Positions 20,020 through 31,946 of a stretch of 64,000 bases of DNA are shown in pieces (position 1 is the stretch's first letter; every line of letters starts with the position of its first letter). Source of the DNA: an uncultured Candidatus Saccharibacteria bacterium (GTDB lineage Bacteria; Patescibacteriota; Minisyncoccia; Minisyncoccales; Staskawiczbacteraceae). The DNA lies in contig CAZREI010000002.1 in the NCBI GenBank assembly GCA_964599285.1, forward strand, positions 9,955 through 73,954, written 5' to 3'. The translations under genes were made by a program, and so were the position numbers. The notes below the pieces were generated by a model that did not search any database, was not told where the DNA came from, and saw only the letters and a program-made list of their open reading frames with translations.

Positions 20020-20190
20020 GGCTTACCAACTAAGTATTTTTCTACTGCAAATTAAATCTTTTGGTTGAAAATTTCCAAAAGCTTCGCGGCTTATCGACGT
20101 TGCTGATAAGCCTTGTCACTTTTGATAATTTTCAACTTCAAAATCTTTAATTTTCGTAACGAACAATACTTAGTTGGTAAGCCCCAGGAA
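20020..20190. repeat. MITE-like element with 20-bp terminal inverted repeats gggcttaccaactaagtatt
   Basis: Internal perfect hairpin ggcttatcgacgttgctgataagcc. Confidence 0.55.
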
Positions 20191-20239
20191 ATCTCAGAGC
20201 TACTTTCATTGTACTCCCCCTAAAAACCGTGTCAAGCTC

Positions 20240-20746
20240 TTATTCGCCCAGCGTGTATTTGGTATAGCTTGGCTTGTGGCTTACCAGCTCTTCGGGTTTA
20301 AACCAAACCGCTATTTCGGCCTCTGCTTCTTCGGGCGTCGCGGAAGCATGGATTAAATTCATAATCGGCATTTCTTTAGCGTCGGCATATCCAAAAGAAA
20401 CATGGGCAAAGTCTCCGCGGATGGTTCCGGGCAAGGATGCCTTGGGTTCGGTAGCACCAACCAACTTTCTGACAATTTCCACGATTTCAACTCCCTCATA
20501 GACAATCGCAACAATGGGGCCGGAAGTTATCATTTCTATCATCATGTTCCTTACTTTTTCACCTCGCCGCTTTGCAAGGTCTTCGGTGTAATGTTTTTGG
20601 GCCGCATCTTTTTCGGAAACCAACATTTTTAAACCCACCATTTTGGCGCCAACCCTTTCAAACCGGTGCATGATCTCGCCCACAATCCCCCGCTGCAAGG
20701 CATCGGGTTTTAAGAGGACCAGAGTTCTTTGTAAGGTATCTGACAT
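20240..20746 (-). CDS. ndk: nucleoside diphosphate kinase
   Basis: LVLLKPDALQRGIVGEI...NLIHASA; start 20746 (upstream part in repeat). Confidence 0.85.
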   Translation of the reverse strand: MSDTLQRTLVLLKPDALQRGIVGEIMHRFERVGAKMVGLKMLVSEKDAAQKHYTEDLAKRRGEKVRNMMIEMITSGPIVAIVYEGVEIVEIVRKLVGATEPKASLPGTIRGDFAHVSFGYADAKEMPIMNLIHASATPEEAEAEIAVWFKPEELVSHKPSYTKYTLGE

Positions 20747-20962
20747 AATGTAACATTTAACAATTGACCATTGACATTTGACCAGCGAAACCAGGTCAAC
20801 GGTCAAATGTTAATTGTCAACTGTTATTTGATTATTTTTGCAAAAGTATTTACTAAAAGCGCCGAGCCCCGCGGGGCTCGGCGCTTTATATTCGCATGGG
20901 CATATTCGCATACCCGAAAATTTCTCGCATAGGCAGAAATTTTTGGTTATGCTGTTAGCATG

Positions 20963-21124
20963 CTATTTCTTCATCCCCATAATCTTAAACATTTTCGTTC
21001 CGCATTTTTCACAAGTTCCCGTCATTGCGGCCCGTTTGGTGCCTCCCTTTCCATTCATTTCAACCTGCTTTTCATCTTTCATCATCCGTTTTGCTTTGCA
21101 CTTTACACAATAAGCTTCAGTCAT
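20963..21124 (-). CDS. small zinc-ribbon protein, DUF5679-like (53 aa; absent from ORF track)
   Basis: Own translation MTEAYCVKCKAKRMMKDEKQVEMNGKGGTKRAAMTGTCEKCGTKMFKIMGMKK. Confidence 0.6.
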   Translation of the reverse strand: MTEAYCVKCKAKRMMKDEKQVEMNGKGGTKRAAMTGTCEKCGTKMFKIMGMKK

Positions 21125-21220
21125 TTCCTTCGCAGAATAACGCGGAATCTTACGCGGAATTCTGCGGAAACACTTCCGCGTTTTTCTGCGTTAATTTCCG
21201 CGTGGTTCCGCGGTATTTAT
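21115..21220. repeat. family J repeat (ttccgcg / cgcggaa words)
   Basis: Related 11440-11482, 31905-31945, 52655-52725. Confidence 0.65.
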
Positions 21221-21478
21221 TTACGATAAATGCTTTGAAACCAATTTGGTCATCTCAAACATATTGACCATCGACTTGCCACCAAATACCATTTTTAGCT
21301 TGGCATCGGCGTTGATATTCCTTTTATTTTTGGTGTCTTGCAAATTATTTTTCTTGATGTACATCCAAAGCTTTTTTACCACTTCAGACCGTGGCATCGG
21401 GCCTTTGCCCACCACTGCTTCTAAATCGGCAGTAAGTTGCATAGGCTTCATAAACGCTGAATTTGATTTTCCTGGCAT
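21221..21478 (-). CDS. SWIB/MDM2 domain protein
   Basis: LTADLEAVVGKGPMPRSEVVKKLWMYIKKNNLQD. Confidence 0.65.
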   Translation of the reverse strand: MPGKSNSAFMKPMQLTADLEAVVGKGPMPRSEVVKKLWMYIKKNNLQDTKNKRNINADAKLKMVFGGKSMVNMFEMTKLVSKHLS

Positions 21479-21479
21479 A

Positions 21480-21550
21480 TAATATGCGATACTAATATAC
21501 GAATTGCATACCAATGATACTAATTACGTTTCCGTATTCGTTTCATTGGC
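21480..21550. repeat. family N repeat (tactaatatacgaatt / ataccaat words)
   Basis: Copy at 28810-28925. Confidence 0.65.
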
Positions 21551-21692
21551 ATGACCGCCCGAAGGCGGATTAGTAGATTGGTATCGCGTTTAAGTTTTAA
21601 ATCGACCTTGTTGTTGCCTTGCCCCGCAAGGCAATTTGATTACGAACTGTTTAAGCCATTTTACCCGATAATAGTCGGGGGGTCAACCGCTG

Positions 21693-22121
21693 TCAAGGAT
21701 TTTTGCTCTTTTTTTGAGAAAAAAACCTGATAACATCCGTTTCCCCGATAATACAGTGAGCGCCGTCCCACACCAGCGGCACTCCTAGCGTTTGTGGATT
21801 AAGGCCGCACGTTTGAGCCTTGTCCGCCAAAATATCGGCATTGGTGGCATTATGAAAAACTTCCAGGCGGGTGAATGTTACGTTTTTTTCAATGGCATTT
21901 TGCTTGATAAATGTCTCTACGACAGCACAGTGCGAACACGGGCTCCCTTCAAATAAAATAATTCCTGGAGGAGAGGCCGGAGTTTTGTGAAAGTAACGCA
22001 AAAGGGCAAAACCGTTATTCCCCTGCCACAAAAAAAGCCATGCCTCTATGATGGCCAAAACGCCAATGACAACAAAAAACAGTAAATTTTTTTTGAAAAA
22101 CGTAGTAATTGTTTTATTCAA
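21693..22121 (-). CDS. membrane-anchored thioredoxin-like protein
   Basis: N-terminal TM; CSHC motif. Confidence 0.5.
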   Translation of the reverse strand: MNKTITTFFKKNLLFFVVIGVLAIIEAWLFLWQGNNGFALLRYFHKTPASPPGIILFEGSPCSHCAVVETFIKQNAIEKNVTFTRLEVFHNATNADILADKAQTCGLNPQTLGVPLVWDGAHCIIGETDVIRFFSQKKSKNP

Positions 22122-22570
22122 AGGAAACGGATGTGATAGCCGGCGACGCCAAATGCTACCGACACGTTTAACGATTCTTTTTGGCCGGCCATGGGCAAGT
22201 AAATGATGCTGTCGGCTTGCGCCAATATTTTTTTAGAGATGCCTTTTACCTCGTTGCCAATAATCAAAGCCAGGGGAAACTTTGGCTTAAACTTAGTGTA
22301 CGGGATACTTTTTGGCGCTTGTTCTAACGCAACAATGTGTACCTTTTCTTGGCGCAGTTTTTTGACCAGCCGCCAGGTTTGCTTGTGGTGCTCAAAGGGA
22401 ATAGATTTTTCCGCACCCAAAGCCGTCTTGGAAATTTTATGGTTTGGCGGAGTTCCGGAAATCCCACACAAATATATTTTTGTTACCGCCAAAGCGTCCG
22501 CAGTTCTAAAAATGGATCCGATATTCTCCAAGCTTCGAATGTTGTCGCAAATCACGTAGAACTCTTCCAT
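22118..22570 (-). CDS. SpoU/TrmH-family RNA 2'-O-methyltransferase
   Basis: NIGSIFRTADA, GNEVKGIS, ESLNVSVA motifs. Confidence 0.8.
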   Translation of the reverse strand: MEEFYVICDNIRSLENIGSIFRTADALAVTKIYLCGISGTPPNHKISKTALGAEKSIPFEHHKQTWRLVKKLRQEKVHIVALEQAPKSIPYTKFKPKFPLALIIGNEVKGISKKILAQADSIIYLPMAGQKESLNVSVAFGVAGYHIRFL

Positions 22571-22691
22571 AACTTGAATCTTGAATCTCGTATCTTGTAG
22601 CTTGAATAGAATAGATGAATTTGGAATTTGCCGCGCATTCAGTATTCTTTTATTCTATTCCAGCTTCCAGATACAAGATTCCAGATTCACA

Positions 22692-23378
22692 CTATAATAG
22701 CCTAAATTTATTGATCACCAACCCAAAATCATATCCCAAAAACTGGGCGGCTTTGCGACAAAAGACCATTCTGTCAGTGAAAATTTCAAAGTACTCCATC
22801 ACCGGACAAAAGTTGGTATCAATTTTCAATGTCAAGGTAATCCGCTTTTTTTTCGCTTGCCCTGAGCCCGTCGAAGGGTTTTCTATTTTTATTTTGCTTT
22901 CCGTAGCTGCGTAATTAACCCTGTCGTGAATATCGGTTTTAAAATGATCTGGATCTTTTTGGGTCACGCGCGACCGGTCAACATCTGATTTATCAGCCAG
23001 CACCAAAATGGCGGAAATGTTGTGAGTAAAATTCATTTCTTCTTTGTCATGGTTTGAAATGGCCTGCATAATCATGGCCAGTTCCCTGGGGTCAAACTGA
23101 TTATTGAAGACCTGGCCAAAGAGCATCGCCCCAAAAAAGTGGTGATACGTGCGAGTCATAAAGTTTCCCATGTCGTGGCAAAACCCGGCAATGGCCGCTA
23201 ATTCCGCTTCGCGCTGATCCAAGCCGATATTCTTGGCAATTTGCATTGCGCGATCCGAAACCACATTGGAATGGCGAAGCCCATGGTTGGTGTAAGCCAA
23301 AGCTTCCATGGCAACTTCTGTTTGGTTGATAAACTCCAGGATTTGAGGGTTTTTCTTTACGTCTTCAAGAGTAATCAT
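22692..23378 (-). CDS. HD-domain phosphohydrolase
   Basis: HGLRHS...CHDMG. Confidence 0.6.
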   Translation of the reverse strand: MITLEDVKKNPQILEFINQTEVAMEALAYTNHGLRHSNVVSDRAMQIAKNIGLDQREAELAAIAGFCHDMGNFMTRTYHHFFGAMLFGQVFNNQFDPRELAMIMQAISNHDKEEMNFTHNISAILVLADKSDVDRSRVTQKDPDHFKTDIHDRVNYAATESKIKIENPSTGSGQAKKKRITLTLKIDTNFCPVMEYFEIFTDRMVFCRKAAQFLGYDFGLVINKFRLL

Positions 23379-23470
23379 GAATTGATTTATGATTTAAAAC
23401 TTCTATTGGTTGATCTGTTGATTATAATTCTGGATCAGCGTTTTCAAATGGATTTTCTACTGACATGATT

Positions 23471-24448
23471 TTATTTTGAATCTAACTCTATTGGTTTATA
23501 TTTACCCAATTTCTTCTTCATTTTTTCAATTGCAGCATGAAGGTCTTTATTTTTTACCACATACTCTGTTGGGTCATTCTCAGCGAATTCAACCGAGGCT
23601 GTGGCGTAAGTAAGAATATCGTTATACAATTGAGCAGATTTTTTGCCCACTTTTGCATTATCAAGTGCATCAAATACTCCTTCCCACCTTTCAATATATC
23701 TTTCGGGAGAAGAGTCCCGCTGCCAGGTACTCCAATTGAAGCCCTCACCAATGGGTTCGGCGAATCCTCGATTACGAGCATGGATATATTCAGGAAGTGA
23801 TTTCTGTTTATTGTAGTGGATGCATCGATCTAATTCGTTTGCTTGCTCCTCTAACCCTAATCTTCTTGCTTCAGCTACCATATCTTTAATACCAGAAAAT
23901 AGTTCAAGCAGTCTATCGTCTGCTGACTCAAAACTATATTCCTGCTTTACCCGGTTGAGCACTTTTTGAAAAACCATTTTTACTAACTTCAACTCTCCTT
24001 TAGAAAGTGATTTTTCGTCGAGGGATTTTAGGTAATTTACAAAATTTTCTTGATTTGTGAAATCTATCTTCATATCACCTACTGCGTAGGTTTCGTGTTC
24101 GTCGTAATCACCTTGCGGATTTGGAGATTCCAAGTCAATACCAAGTTTCTCAAGAGTTTTTTGGTGTCTACTAAGTAAATCCTGCAGTTTTAAATTTTTT
24201 TGTATTTCTTCATGTAGGTGCTCCAACCCCGACGGGCTTTTTTCAGATTCTTCCTCTTCATGTTCCTCGTCTTCTTGCTTTTCAAACAAGCCCATCATTA
24301 AACCAGCCAGGCCCCTTCCAAGCCACGCACCATGACTATGTTGTTCGTCGTAGCTTTCAAGGTCGGCAAGAAGTGCCTCAACCTCTTCTCTTGTTGCTTT
24401 TTCTACTCCCCCTTCTTGATTCTCAAGATTAATTCCTGTTTCTGACAT
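23471..24448 (-). CDS. acidic hypothetical protein
   Basis: Long ORF; Glu-rich N-terminus. Confidence 0.5.
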   Translation of the reverse strand: MSETGINLENQEGGVEKATREEVEALLADLESYDEQHSHGAWLGRGLAGLMMGLFEKQEDEEHEEEESEKSPSGLEHLHEEIQKNLKLQDLLSRHQKTLEKLGIDLESPNPQGDYDEHETYAVGDMKIDFTNQENFVNYLKSLDEKSLSKGELKLVKMVFQKVLNRVKQEYSFESADDRLLELFSGIKDMVAEARRLGLEEQANELDRCIHYNKQKSLPEYIHARNRGFAEPIGEGFNWSTWQRDSSPERYIERWEGVFDALDNAKVGKKSAQLYNDILTYATASVEFAENDPTEYVVKNKDLHAAIEKMKKKLGKYKPIELDSK

Positions 24449-24464
24449 AATTTTTACTCCAATA

Positions 24465-25103
24465 TTAAATATTGCTAAACCTTTTTTCGGCCTCTGCCCA
24501 GTTGACCACGTTCCACCAGGCTTTTAGGTAATCCGGGCGGACGTTTTTGTATTGCAAATAGTAGGCGTGCTCCCAGACGTCGTTGCCCATAATCGGCGTA
24601 TGACCATCGGACATTGGGTTGTCCTGGTTAGCCGTAGACATAACTTCCAGCTTGCCATCTTTATTTTTTACCAACCACACCCAGCCGCTTCCAAAACGCT
24701 TGGCTCCGGCGTCTTCAAATTTAGTTTTAAAATCTTCAAAACTGCCAAAAGTTTTTTTAATTTCTTCGGCTAACTTGCCGGTTGGTTCAGGGAGCCACCC
24801 CGCTGAGCGGGGTTCGGGTCCGCTAAGCGGACCCATAATCTCCCAAAACATGGAATGATTCACATGTCCGCCACCGTTGTTCTTAACAGCGGTGCGAATG
24901 TCTTCCGGAACAGCATTTAAGTCCATCAACAGTTCTTCTGCGCTTTTTTCAAAAAGTTCCGGATGTTTTTCCAAAGCATCATTTACATTTTTAACATAAG
25001 CCGCGTGATGCTTGTCATGGTGGAGCATCATAATTTCTTGTGAAATATAAGGCTCCAAAGCATTGTAGGTATAGGGCAAGTCCGGCAAAGCATGTTTTTT
25101 CAT
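24465..25103 (-). CDS. sodA: Fe/Mn superoxide dismutase
   Basis: [16 protein letters not shown]...HHDKHH...[13 protein letters not shown]. Confidence 0.95.
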   Translation of the reverse strand: MKKHALPDLPYTYNALEPYISQEIMMLHHDKHHAAYVKNVNDALEKHPELFEKSAEELLMDLNAVPEDIRTAVKNNGGGHVNHSMFWEIMGPLSGPEPRSAGWLPEPTGKLAEEIKKTFGSFEDFKTKFEDAGAKRFGSGWVWLVKNKDGKLEVMSTANQDNPMSDGHTPIMGNDVWEHAYYLQYKNVRPDYLKAWWNVVNWAEAEKRFSNI

Positions 25104-25318
25104 AGTTTTAAGGAGTAATCACGAATATACAAATTTAGAACAATATACAAATGTTACAAATATACGAATGTGCTGGATTGCCACGCTGGCAAGATGCGTG
25201 GCGTAATTGGCCGCAGCCGATTCGCCCCATCTCCGGCTCGCAATGACGACGACGGGATTTGTATATTTGTAAGATTTGTATATTTGATCGTATTGGTATA
25301 TTCGTGATTACTCCAGCA

Positions 25319-25594
25319 TTATTTTTCTTCTTTTTGCGTCAACCGCAATAAATATACGGTGAAAATTACAATAATAATCGTGATGATAATAGCATACAAA
25401 AATTTTATCAACACTCCCCCGCCAAGATTGGGGAAAAATTGATCAATGGCGGATTTTATCGCTTCGTTCCAAGCCAAACCCGCCACCAATCCCAGCGCCG
25501 CCAAAATATATCCAATGGTTTTTTCCTTGATTTCTTTTCTTAATATCGCCTGCTCCTCTTTGATTTTGCTAATTCCTCCTTTTAATCGTTCCAT
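25319..25594 (-). CDS. small membrane protein
   Basis: Two TM helices. Confidence 0.4.
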   Translation of the reverse strand: MERLKGGISKIKEEQAILRKEIKEKTIGYILAALGLVAGLAWNEAIKSAIDQFFPNLGGGVLIKFLYAIIITIIIVIFTVYLLRLTQKEEK

Positions 25595-25665
25595 GGATTT
25601 ATTGTACCCAAATTAGGTAAAAATAAAAAGCCCCGGGCACGTTGGCACGCGGGGCATGAGGCATG

Positions 25666-26079
25666 TTACTGCTTTTGCTCGTATTGGACGAGGAGGCCAA
25701 TGATTGTCGGACTTGGCTTAGTAGTATTCGATTTATCGGCGTATACCAGAGAAATTGACACTACTTTCTTTGTTGGGTTTTCGCTTTCCCACTGGCGTTT
25801 CGTTTCCCGAAGCCAATGCAGTGTTTCTTCCTCATATCCGCAGCGAGGATTATCGGCGCGGATATAAATGGTACTCTTGCCGTCGTCGTCGACGGCGTTG
25901 GTCATCACGGACTTGGTGTTTTCGGGCGGAGTATCAGTACTAACTCTACTGAGACCGATACAATAAGACCCAACAGGGACCCCAATTGCCACCATTACAC
26001 CGAAGATTATAAGAGCGACTCTCCAGCCCCAACAATCCATCTTTTCAAGAAACGGGTGCCGATTTTTCATTGCTTTCAC
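25666..26079 (-). CDS. membrane-anchored hypothetical protein (GAGGTG SD, raised GC)
   Basis: SD present, unlike neighbours; terminator hairpin gccccgcgtgccaacgtgcccggggc downstream. Confidence 0.45.
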   Translation of the reverse strand: MKAMKNRHPFLEKMDCWGWRVALIIFGVMVAIGVPVGSYCIGLSRVSTDTPPENTKSVMTNAVDDDGKSTIYIRADNPRCGYEEETLHWLRETKRQWESENPTKKVVSISLVYADKSNTTKPSPTIIGLLVQYEQKQ

Positions 26080-26167
26080 CTCTCAAAGAGCTAAGCCACA
26101 ATAAATTGCGGCAACATAGTAAACAACACTACTTTCTTTTACGCCTATTTTTGATAAAAGTCAACGC

Positions 26168-26200
26168 CGCCGCGCCCGCGGGCGCGGCGGCGTACCTTAA
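26168..26200. terminator. GC-rich perfect palindrome (bidirectional terminator-like)
   Basis: cgccgccgcgcccgcgggcgcggcggcg. Confidence 0.5.
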
Positions 26201-26227
26201 TTTTGCATTTTGATTTTTGAATTAGTT

Positions 26228-27385
26228 TTATATTTCTCCCCGCTTAATTTTCCCCCGGATTTCTTCCACGAAATTGTTAAAATAGTACAGATTATGAAAC
26301 GTGAGCAGTTTTAGAGCCGTCAGCTCCCCTGCTTTCAATAAGTGGCATAGGTAATCTTTTTTGTAATTTAAGCAAGTGGCGCAAATGCAATTTTCATCCA
26401 GTGGTTCGCGTTTTTTTAAAAATTTAGTTTGTTTGAGATTTAATTTTCCCTCGCTGGTAAAGGCAACTCCGCGGCGGGCGTATTGGGTTGGGATAGTGCA
26501 GTCAAAGGTATCAACGCCGGTTTTTATGATGTTTTCAATGTCTTCCAGTTTTCCGATGCCAAGCAAGTGGCGTGGTTTTCTTTCAGGCAATTCGGCCATA
26601 ACCCAGCCCAGCATTTCTGACATTATTTTTTTGTCGCTGCCAAATTCTCCGCCAATGCCAAACCCATCAAAGGGCAGTGAGCCGATAAATTTTGCCGATT
26701 CCTGGCGCAAATCTTTATACCTTCCGCCCTGGACAATGCCATATAATGCTTGCTTGGACTTTTTATCCTTTAAACAAACTTGCGCCCACTGATGGGTTTT
26801 GATCAGCGAATTTCTGGTATATTCATGGTTAGCCAACGGAGCGGTGCACTCGTCAAAAGCAAAAATAATATCGGCGCCCAGCTTTTCCTGGATTTTCATG
26901 GACTCTTTGGGCCCCAAAAATAATTCCCTGCCGTCAACCGGAGACCTAAAATACACCCCATCTTGCATGATTTTCAGTTTTTTGGGCTGGTGGCCTATTT
27001 TTATTTCCTGGCGCAAATCGGCGTCCGACCCCATGCGCGTCTTAGGGTTTATCATTTTACCAACCTGCAAATCTTGCCCAAATCCCAATGAAAAAACCTG
27101 GAAGCCTCCCGAATCGGTCATCAGCGGCTTTTTCCAGTTCATAAAATCATGCAGGCCGCCGGCTTTTTCTACTATTTTTTCTCCAGGCTTTAAATGCAAA
27201 TGAAACGTATTGGCAATGAGCACCTGCGAATTGGTTTGGGCCACTTCTTCGCTAGTCAGCGTTTTTACCACCGCTTGCGTAGCCACCGGAACTAAACACG
27301 GAGTTTGGATAACTCCGTGCGATGTTTCGATAAATCCCAGGCGAGCATTGGAAATTTTTGATTTTTTGGAGATATGGAAATTCAT
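26228..27385 (-). CDS. tgt: queuine tRNA-ribosyltransferase
   Basis: TGT fold motifs; Zn site CICATCLNYKKDYLCH. Confidence 0.9.
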   Translation of the reverse strand: MNFHISKKSKISNARLGFIETSHGVIQTPCLVPVATQAVVKTLTSEEVAQTNSQVLIANTFHLHLKPGEKIVEKAGGLHDFMNWKKPLMTDSGGFQVFSLGFGQDLQVGKMINPKTRMGSDADLRQEIKIGHQPKKLKIMQDGVYFRSPVDGRELFLGPKESMKIQEKLGADIIFAFDECTAPLANHEYTRNSLIKTHQWAQVCLKDKKSKQALYGIVQGGRYKDLRQESAKFIGSLPFDGFGIGGEFGSDKKIMSEMLGWVMAELPERKPRHLLGIGKLEDIENIIKTGVDTFDCTIPTQYARRGVAFTSEGKLNLKQTKFLKKREPLDENCICATCLNYKKDYLCHLLKAGELTALKLLTFHNLYYFNNFVEEIRGKIKRGEI

Positions 27386-27503
27386 AAGGAGTGGTCACGA
27401 ATATACAAATACGATCAAATATACAAATATACGAATGCGGACGTTTGTCGTGATTTGTATATTAGTATATTAACGCAGATTCGTATATTCGTGATTACTC
27501 CAA

Positions 27504-27968
27504 TTATTTAAACGTGACCGGCAGAGTAAAAGTTTTGTCGCGCACCGGGTCGCCGCTGGCGTTTTCATTTTTGAAAACTAAAGATCCCAGACTCCCTGAA
27601 GTTGCTGTAAAGGTAATGGTTGTCTCAAATTGGGTTGGCAATTGGGTCCACTCGGTCGTTGCTTTCAAAACGCCTTTGGCCAACTCATTGCCACCGTTGT
27701 CCAGCAAACGCACGGTTCCCACTTGCCCTTCAAATCCAGACCAGCCGTTGCCATTTACAACTCCCGTGATTTTTAAGGGAGATAAAATTGTTTCGTTGAC
27801 TTTTGGAGAAAAAATTTCTATGCCAGAACTTACTGTTATGCTGGGGCTGGGGCTTGGCTCTGTAACAGGGGCTGCGGCTTTTTCTTTTGGCAACAACAGA
27901 AAAATCGCCCCGATTAAAATAAGAACTCCGACAATGGCTTCCACGATGAGAATTGTTTTTTTATTCAT
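27504..27968 (-). CDS. secreted/anchored Ig-like (Gmad2-like) protein
   Basis: Signal/TM then beta-rich domain. Confidence 0.4.
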   Translation of the reverse strand: MNKKTILIVEAIVGVLILIGAIFLLLPKEKAAAPVTEPSPSPSITVSSGIEIFSPKVNETILSPLKITGVVNGNGWSGFEGQVGTVRLLDNGGNELAKGVLKATTEWTQLPTQFETTITFTATSGSLGSLVFKNENASGDPVRDKTFTLPVTFK

Positions 27969-28158
27969 GGTTTTATAGCTGTGAATTGCGAAACCCCATT
28001 TGAAAAAGAGTTTCGGGCTCTTTTTCCCAAATTTGGGCTGAAAATTCGCTATAATTTTTTCCCGTAGCCTCAGGCTACGATAAAAAATTCTATCAAATTT
28101 TCATCTTCCAAATTTGGAAAAAATAGCTCCGAGGGGTTTCGTAATTCACAGCTTTATA
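27968..28158. repeat. MITE-like element with about 25-bp terminal inverted repeats
   Basis: tatagctgtgaattgcgaaacccc ... ggggtttcgtaattcacagctttatag. Confidence 0.6.
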
Positions 28159-28346
28159 GTAGTCGCTATACTGCCAAAAAGCAAACCTTGACATCCCATT
28201 CATTAAAAGTATAATGGATTTAGACAATAAGTAGTCGCTATAAACGACCTTAGCGTCTAAAGGTCGTTTATTTAATTGATCGTTAATTTCGCAAAAAAGT
28301 AAGCACAAGGCTTACCGTAAAATAAGTATAAATTAACGATAAAAGA

Positions 28347-28532
28347 ATGTTCAATAAATTTGACAACAATGGTGGAGGAAACTACCAAAAGCCTCCGATG
28401 ATTCAGGGGAATTGGAAGTGTTCAGAATGCGGCGCGGAAATCACCCAGCTGCCATTTGAGCCAGCTCCTGATCGGCCAATCTATTGCCGAGAATGCTGGT
28501 CCAAAAAGAAACCACCACGATTTAACCGCTAA
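28347..28532 (+). CDS. small zinc-ribbon protein
   Basis: CSECG...CRECW; followed by bidirectional terminator 28551-28576. Confidence 0.45.
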   Translation: MFNKFDNNGGGNYQKPPMIQGNWKCSECGAEITQLPFEPAPDRPIYCRECWSKKKPPRFNR

Positions 28533-28550
28533 AAGTTTAGTGGTTACAGC

Positions 28551-28576
28551 AAAAAACGGCCTTCGGGCCGTTTTTT
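28551..28576. terminator. bidirectional intrinsic terminator
   Basis: aaaaaacggccttcgggccgtttttt. Confidence 0.65.
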
Positions 28577-28603
28577 GCTGTAAAAAATCTACATTTTGCA
28601 ATA

Positions 28604-28810
28604 CTACTTTCTTTCCAGTTTCATGGCGTTAACCGCCAAGTAAATAGCCGACAATCCTACCAGAATGTAAATCAACCTGGCCAAAAAAGACCCTGCGCCA
28701 AAAACGATATCAACCAAGTTAAAGTTGGCCAGTCCCACCAATCCCCAATTCAATCCTCCGACAATCACCAGCACCAAGGCGATCATATCTACGGTAGTTA
28801 ATTTTTGCAT
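28604..28810 (-). CDS. DUF378 membrane protein
   Basis: GGLNWGLVG...FNLV. Confidence 0.6.
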   Translation of the reverse strand: MQKLTTVDMIALVLVIVGGLNWGLVGLANFNLVDIVFGAGSFLARLIYILVGLSAIYLAVNAMKLERK

Positions 28811-29102
28811 AGTATCTGATACCAATATACTAATCCGCCGATGACGGTCATACCAATTATACTAATGGTGAACGTTTTATTAGTATCATTGGAATGTAAA
28901 TTCGTATATTAGTATCACATTATTTCAAATAAAAACGACCTTTCATTTATTGTATCACGCGATACAAAAACAAAGGTCAAAAAGTTATCCACTGAAAAAA
29001 ATTGAGCGTTTTGTCATCCCAGGCCGCGACCCGGGATCCAGAGTATCGGTGCAGTTTCTGGATTCCCGATTGCGCGGGAATGACAGTTTCAAGGAGTTAC
29101 TT

Positions 29103-29675
29103 TTACGGATTTGCCAGTTTATTCTGGCCGCCCAAAATGTTAATCTGTTCCACCTGTGCTTTTTTCAAAACAATATCCTGGATTTGCAAGGCAATTTCTT
29201 TTGATAGCGCGGGCAAAATGATGGTGTCTTGGGTTTTTGCCGCCTGAGGCGATTCGCCGCTCTCGCCAACATCCAGGGTGGTAATAATAATATCACTGAC
29301 GCCAAACAATTGATCTACTAAACTTCTTTCAATTTTTGCATCTTGGATATGCCGATACGGAATGCCGATCTGCTCGGTGGCAATCAAACCCCGCGCGATT
29401 TTTAAATCTTTGTCATCCACAAAAATCCAATAACGGTAATATTGCAGCCAACCAATGCCAAAGGTTGCAAGGCCCAACAAAAGCACCAACGCCAACATCA
29501 TCAATAAAAGATTAATGGCGGTTTCTACATATTGGCTGGGCAAAAAATTTAACAGAACTACCCCGATAATCAAGAGCAGTAAAAAAGCAAAAAAAGTGCC
29601 GCTTTTTTCAAAGATGAGCATAAAAAGCGTCCGGTTGCCCAAAGGATGATAGCGCTGGATATTTTCCTGAACCAT
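29103..29675 (-). CDS. membrane protein with bacterial PH domain (YdbS/YdbT-like)
   Basis: Two TM plus PH-like C-terminus. Confidence 0.5.
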   Translation of the reverse strand: MVQENIQRYHPLGNRTLFMLIFEKSGTFFAFLLLLIIGVVLLNFLPSQYVETAINLLLMMLALVLLLGLATFGIGWLQYYRYWIFVDDKDLKIARGLIATEQIGIPYRHIQDAKIERSLVDQLFGVSDIIITTLDVGESGESPQAAKTQDTIILPALSKEIALQIQDIVLKKAQVEQINILGGQNKLANP

Positions 29676-29722
29676 GGTTGTATGATAGCACAATTTCAAT
29701 GAAAAATCCCACTTGCGGGATT

Positions 29723-29962
29723 TTATTCTACAATACAGCGGACTTCGTTGCCCTGTTTTACCTCCAAAAATCCTGATGCGACTTCAAAAAAGTGTTCTTT
29801 GTTCTGGGAATCGGCCACCCGCATCACGCCCGCCGTCAACACGCCGATATATGGTTCGTGATTATCCAGCACCGTAATCTCTCCCACCATAGTTTTGCAG
29901 TTTAACAAGCTGGCATCGCCGGCAAAGAGAATTTTCTTCAGTGAGTAAATAGAAAGCTTCAC
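29723..29962 (-). CDS. atpC: ATP synthase epsilon chain, N-terminal beta-sandwich only
   Basis: KILFAGDASLLNCKTMVGEITVLDNHEPYIGVL; GTG start proposed; lacks C-terminal helices. Confidence 0.7.
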   Translation of the reverse strand: MKLSIYSLKKILFAGDASLLNCKTMVGEITVLDNHEPYIGVLTAGVMRVADSQNKEHFFEVASGFLEVKQGNEVRCIVE

Positions 29963-30115
29963 TAAAATTATTCTAATTATTCTAATTAACCTAATTGACC
30001 TAATCAAATCCCAATGACAAAATGTCGAATGCCTAAAACTGTACTTAGACATTCATGTATTTCGTCGTTATTTAGAATAATTAGAACAATTAGAATAATT
30101 AGAATAATTTAGAAA

Positions 30116-31841
<1,726 letters not shown>

Positions 31842-31946
31842 AATTTTAAAAATTAATTTCTGGATTGCCACATCGCTTCGCTCCTCGCAATGACGACGTT
31901 TGGTTTCCGCGTTTTTCCGCGTAAATTTCCGCGTGGTTCCGCGATA

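Noticed and set aside
28950-29247. ORFs translating to VIPGRDPGSRVS / SFWIPDCAGMT
   Set aside because: These peptides are the well-known spurious translation of a palindromic repeat (ctggattcccg...cgggaatgaca), not a gene.
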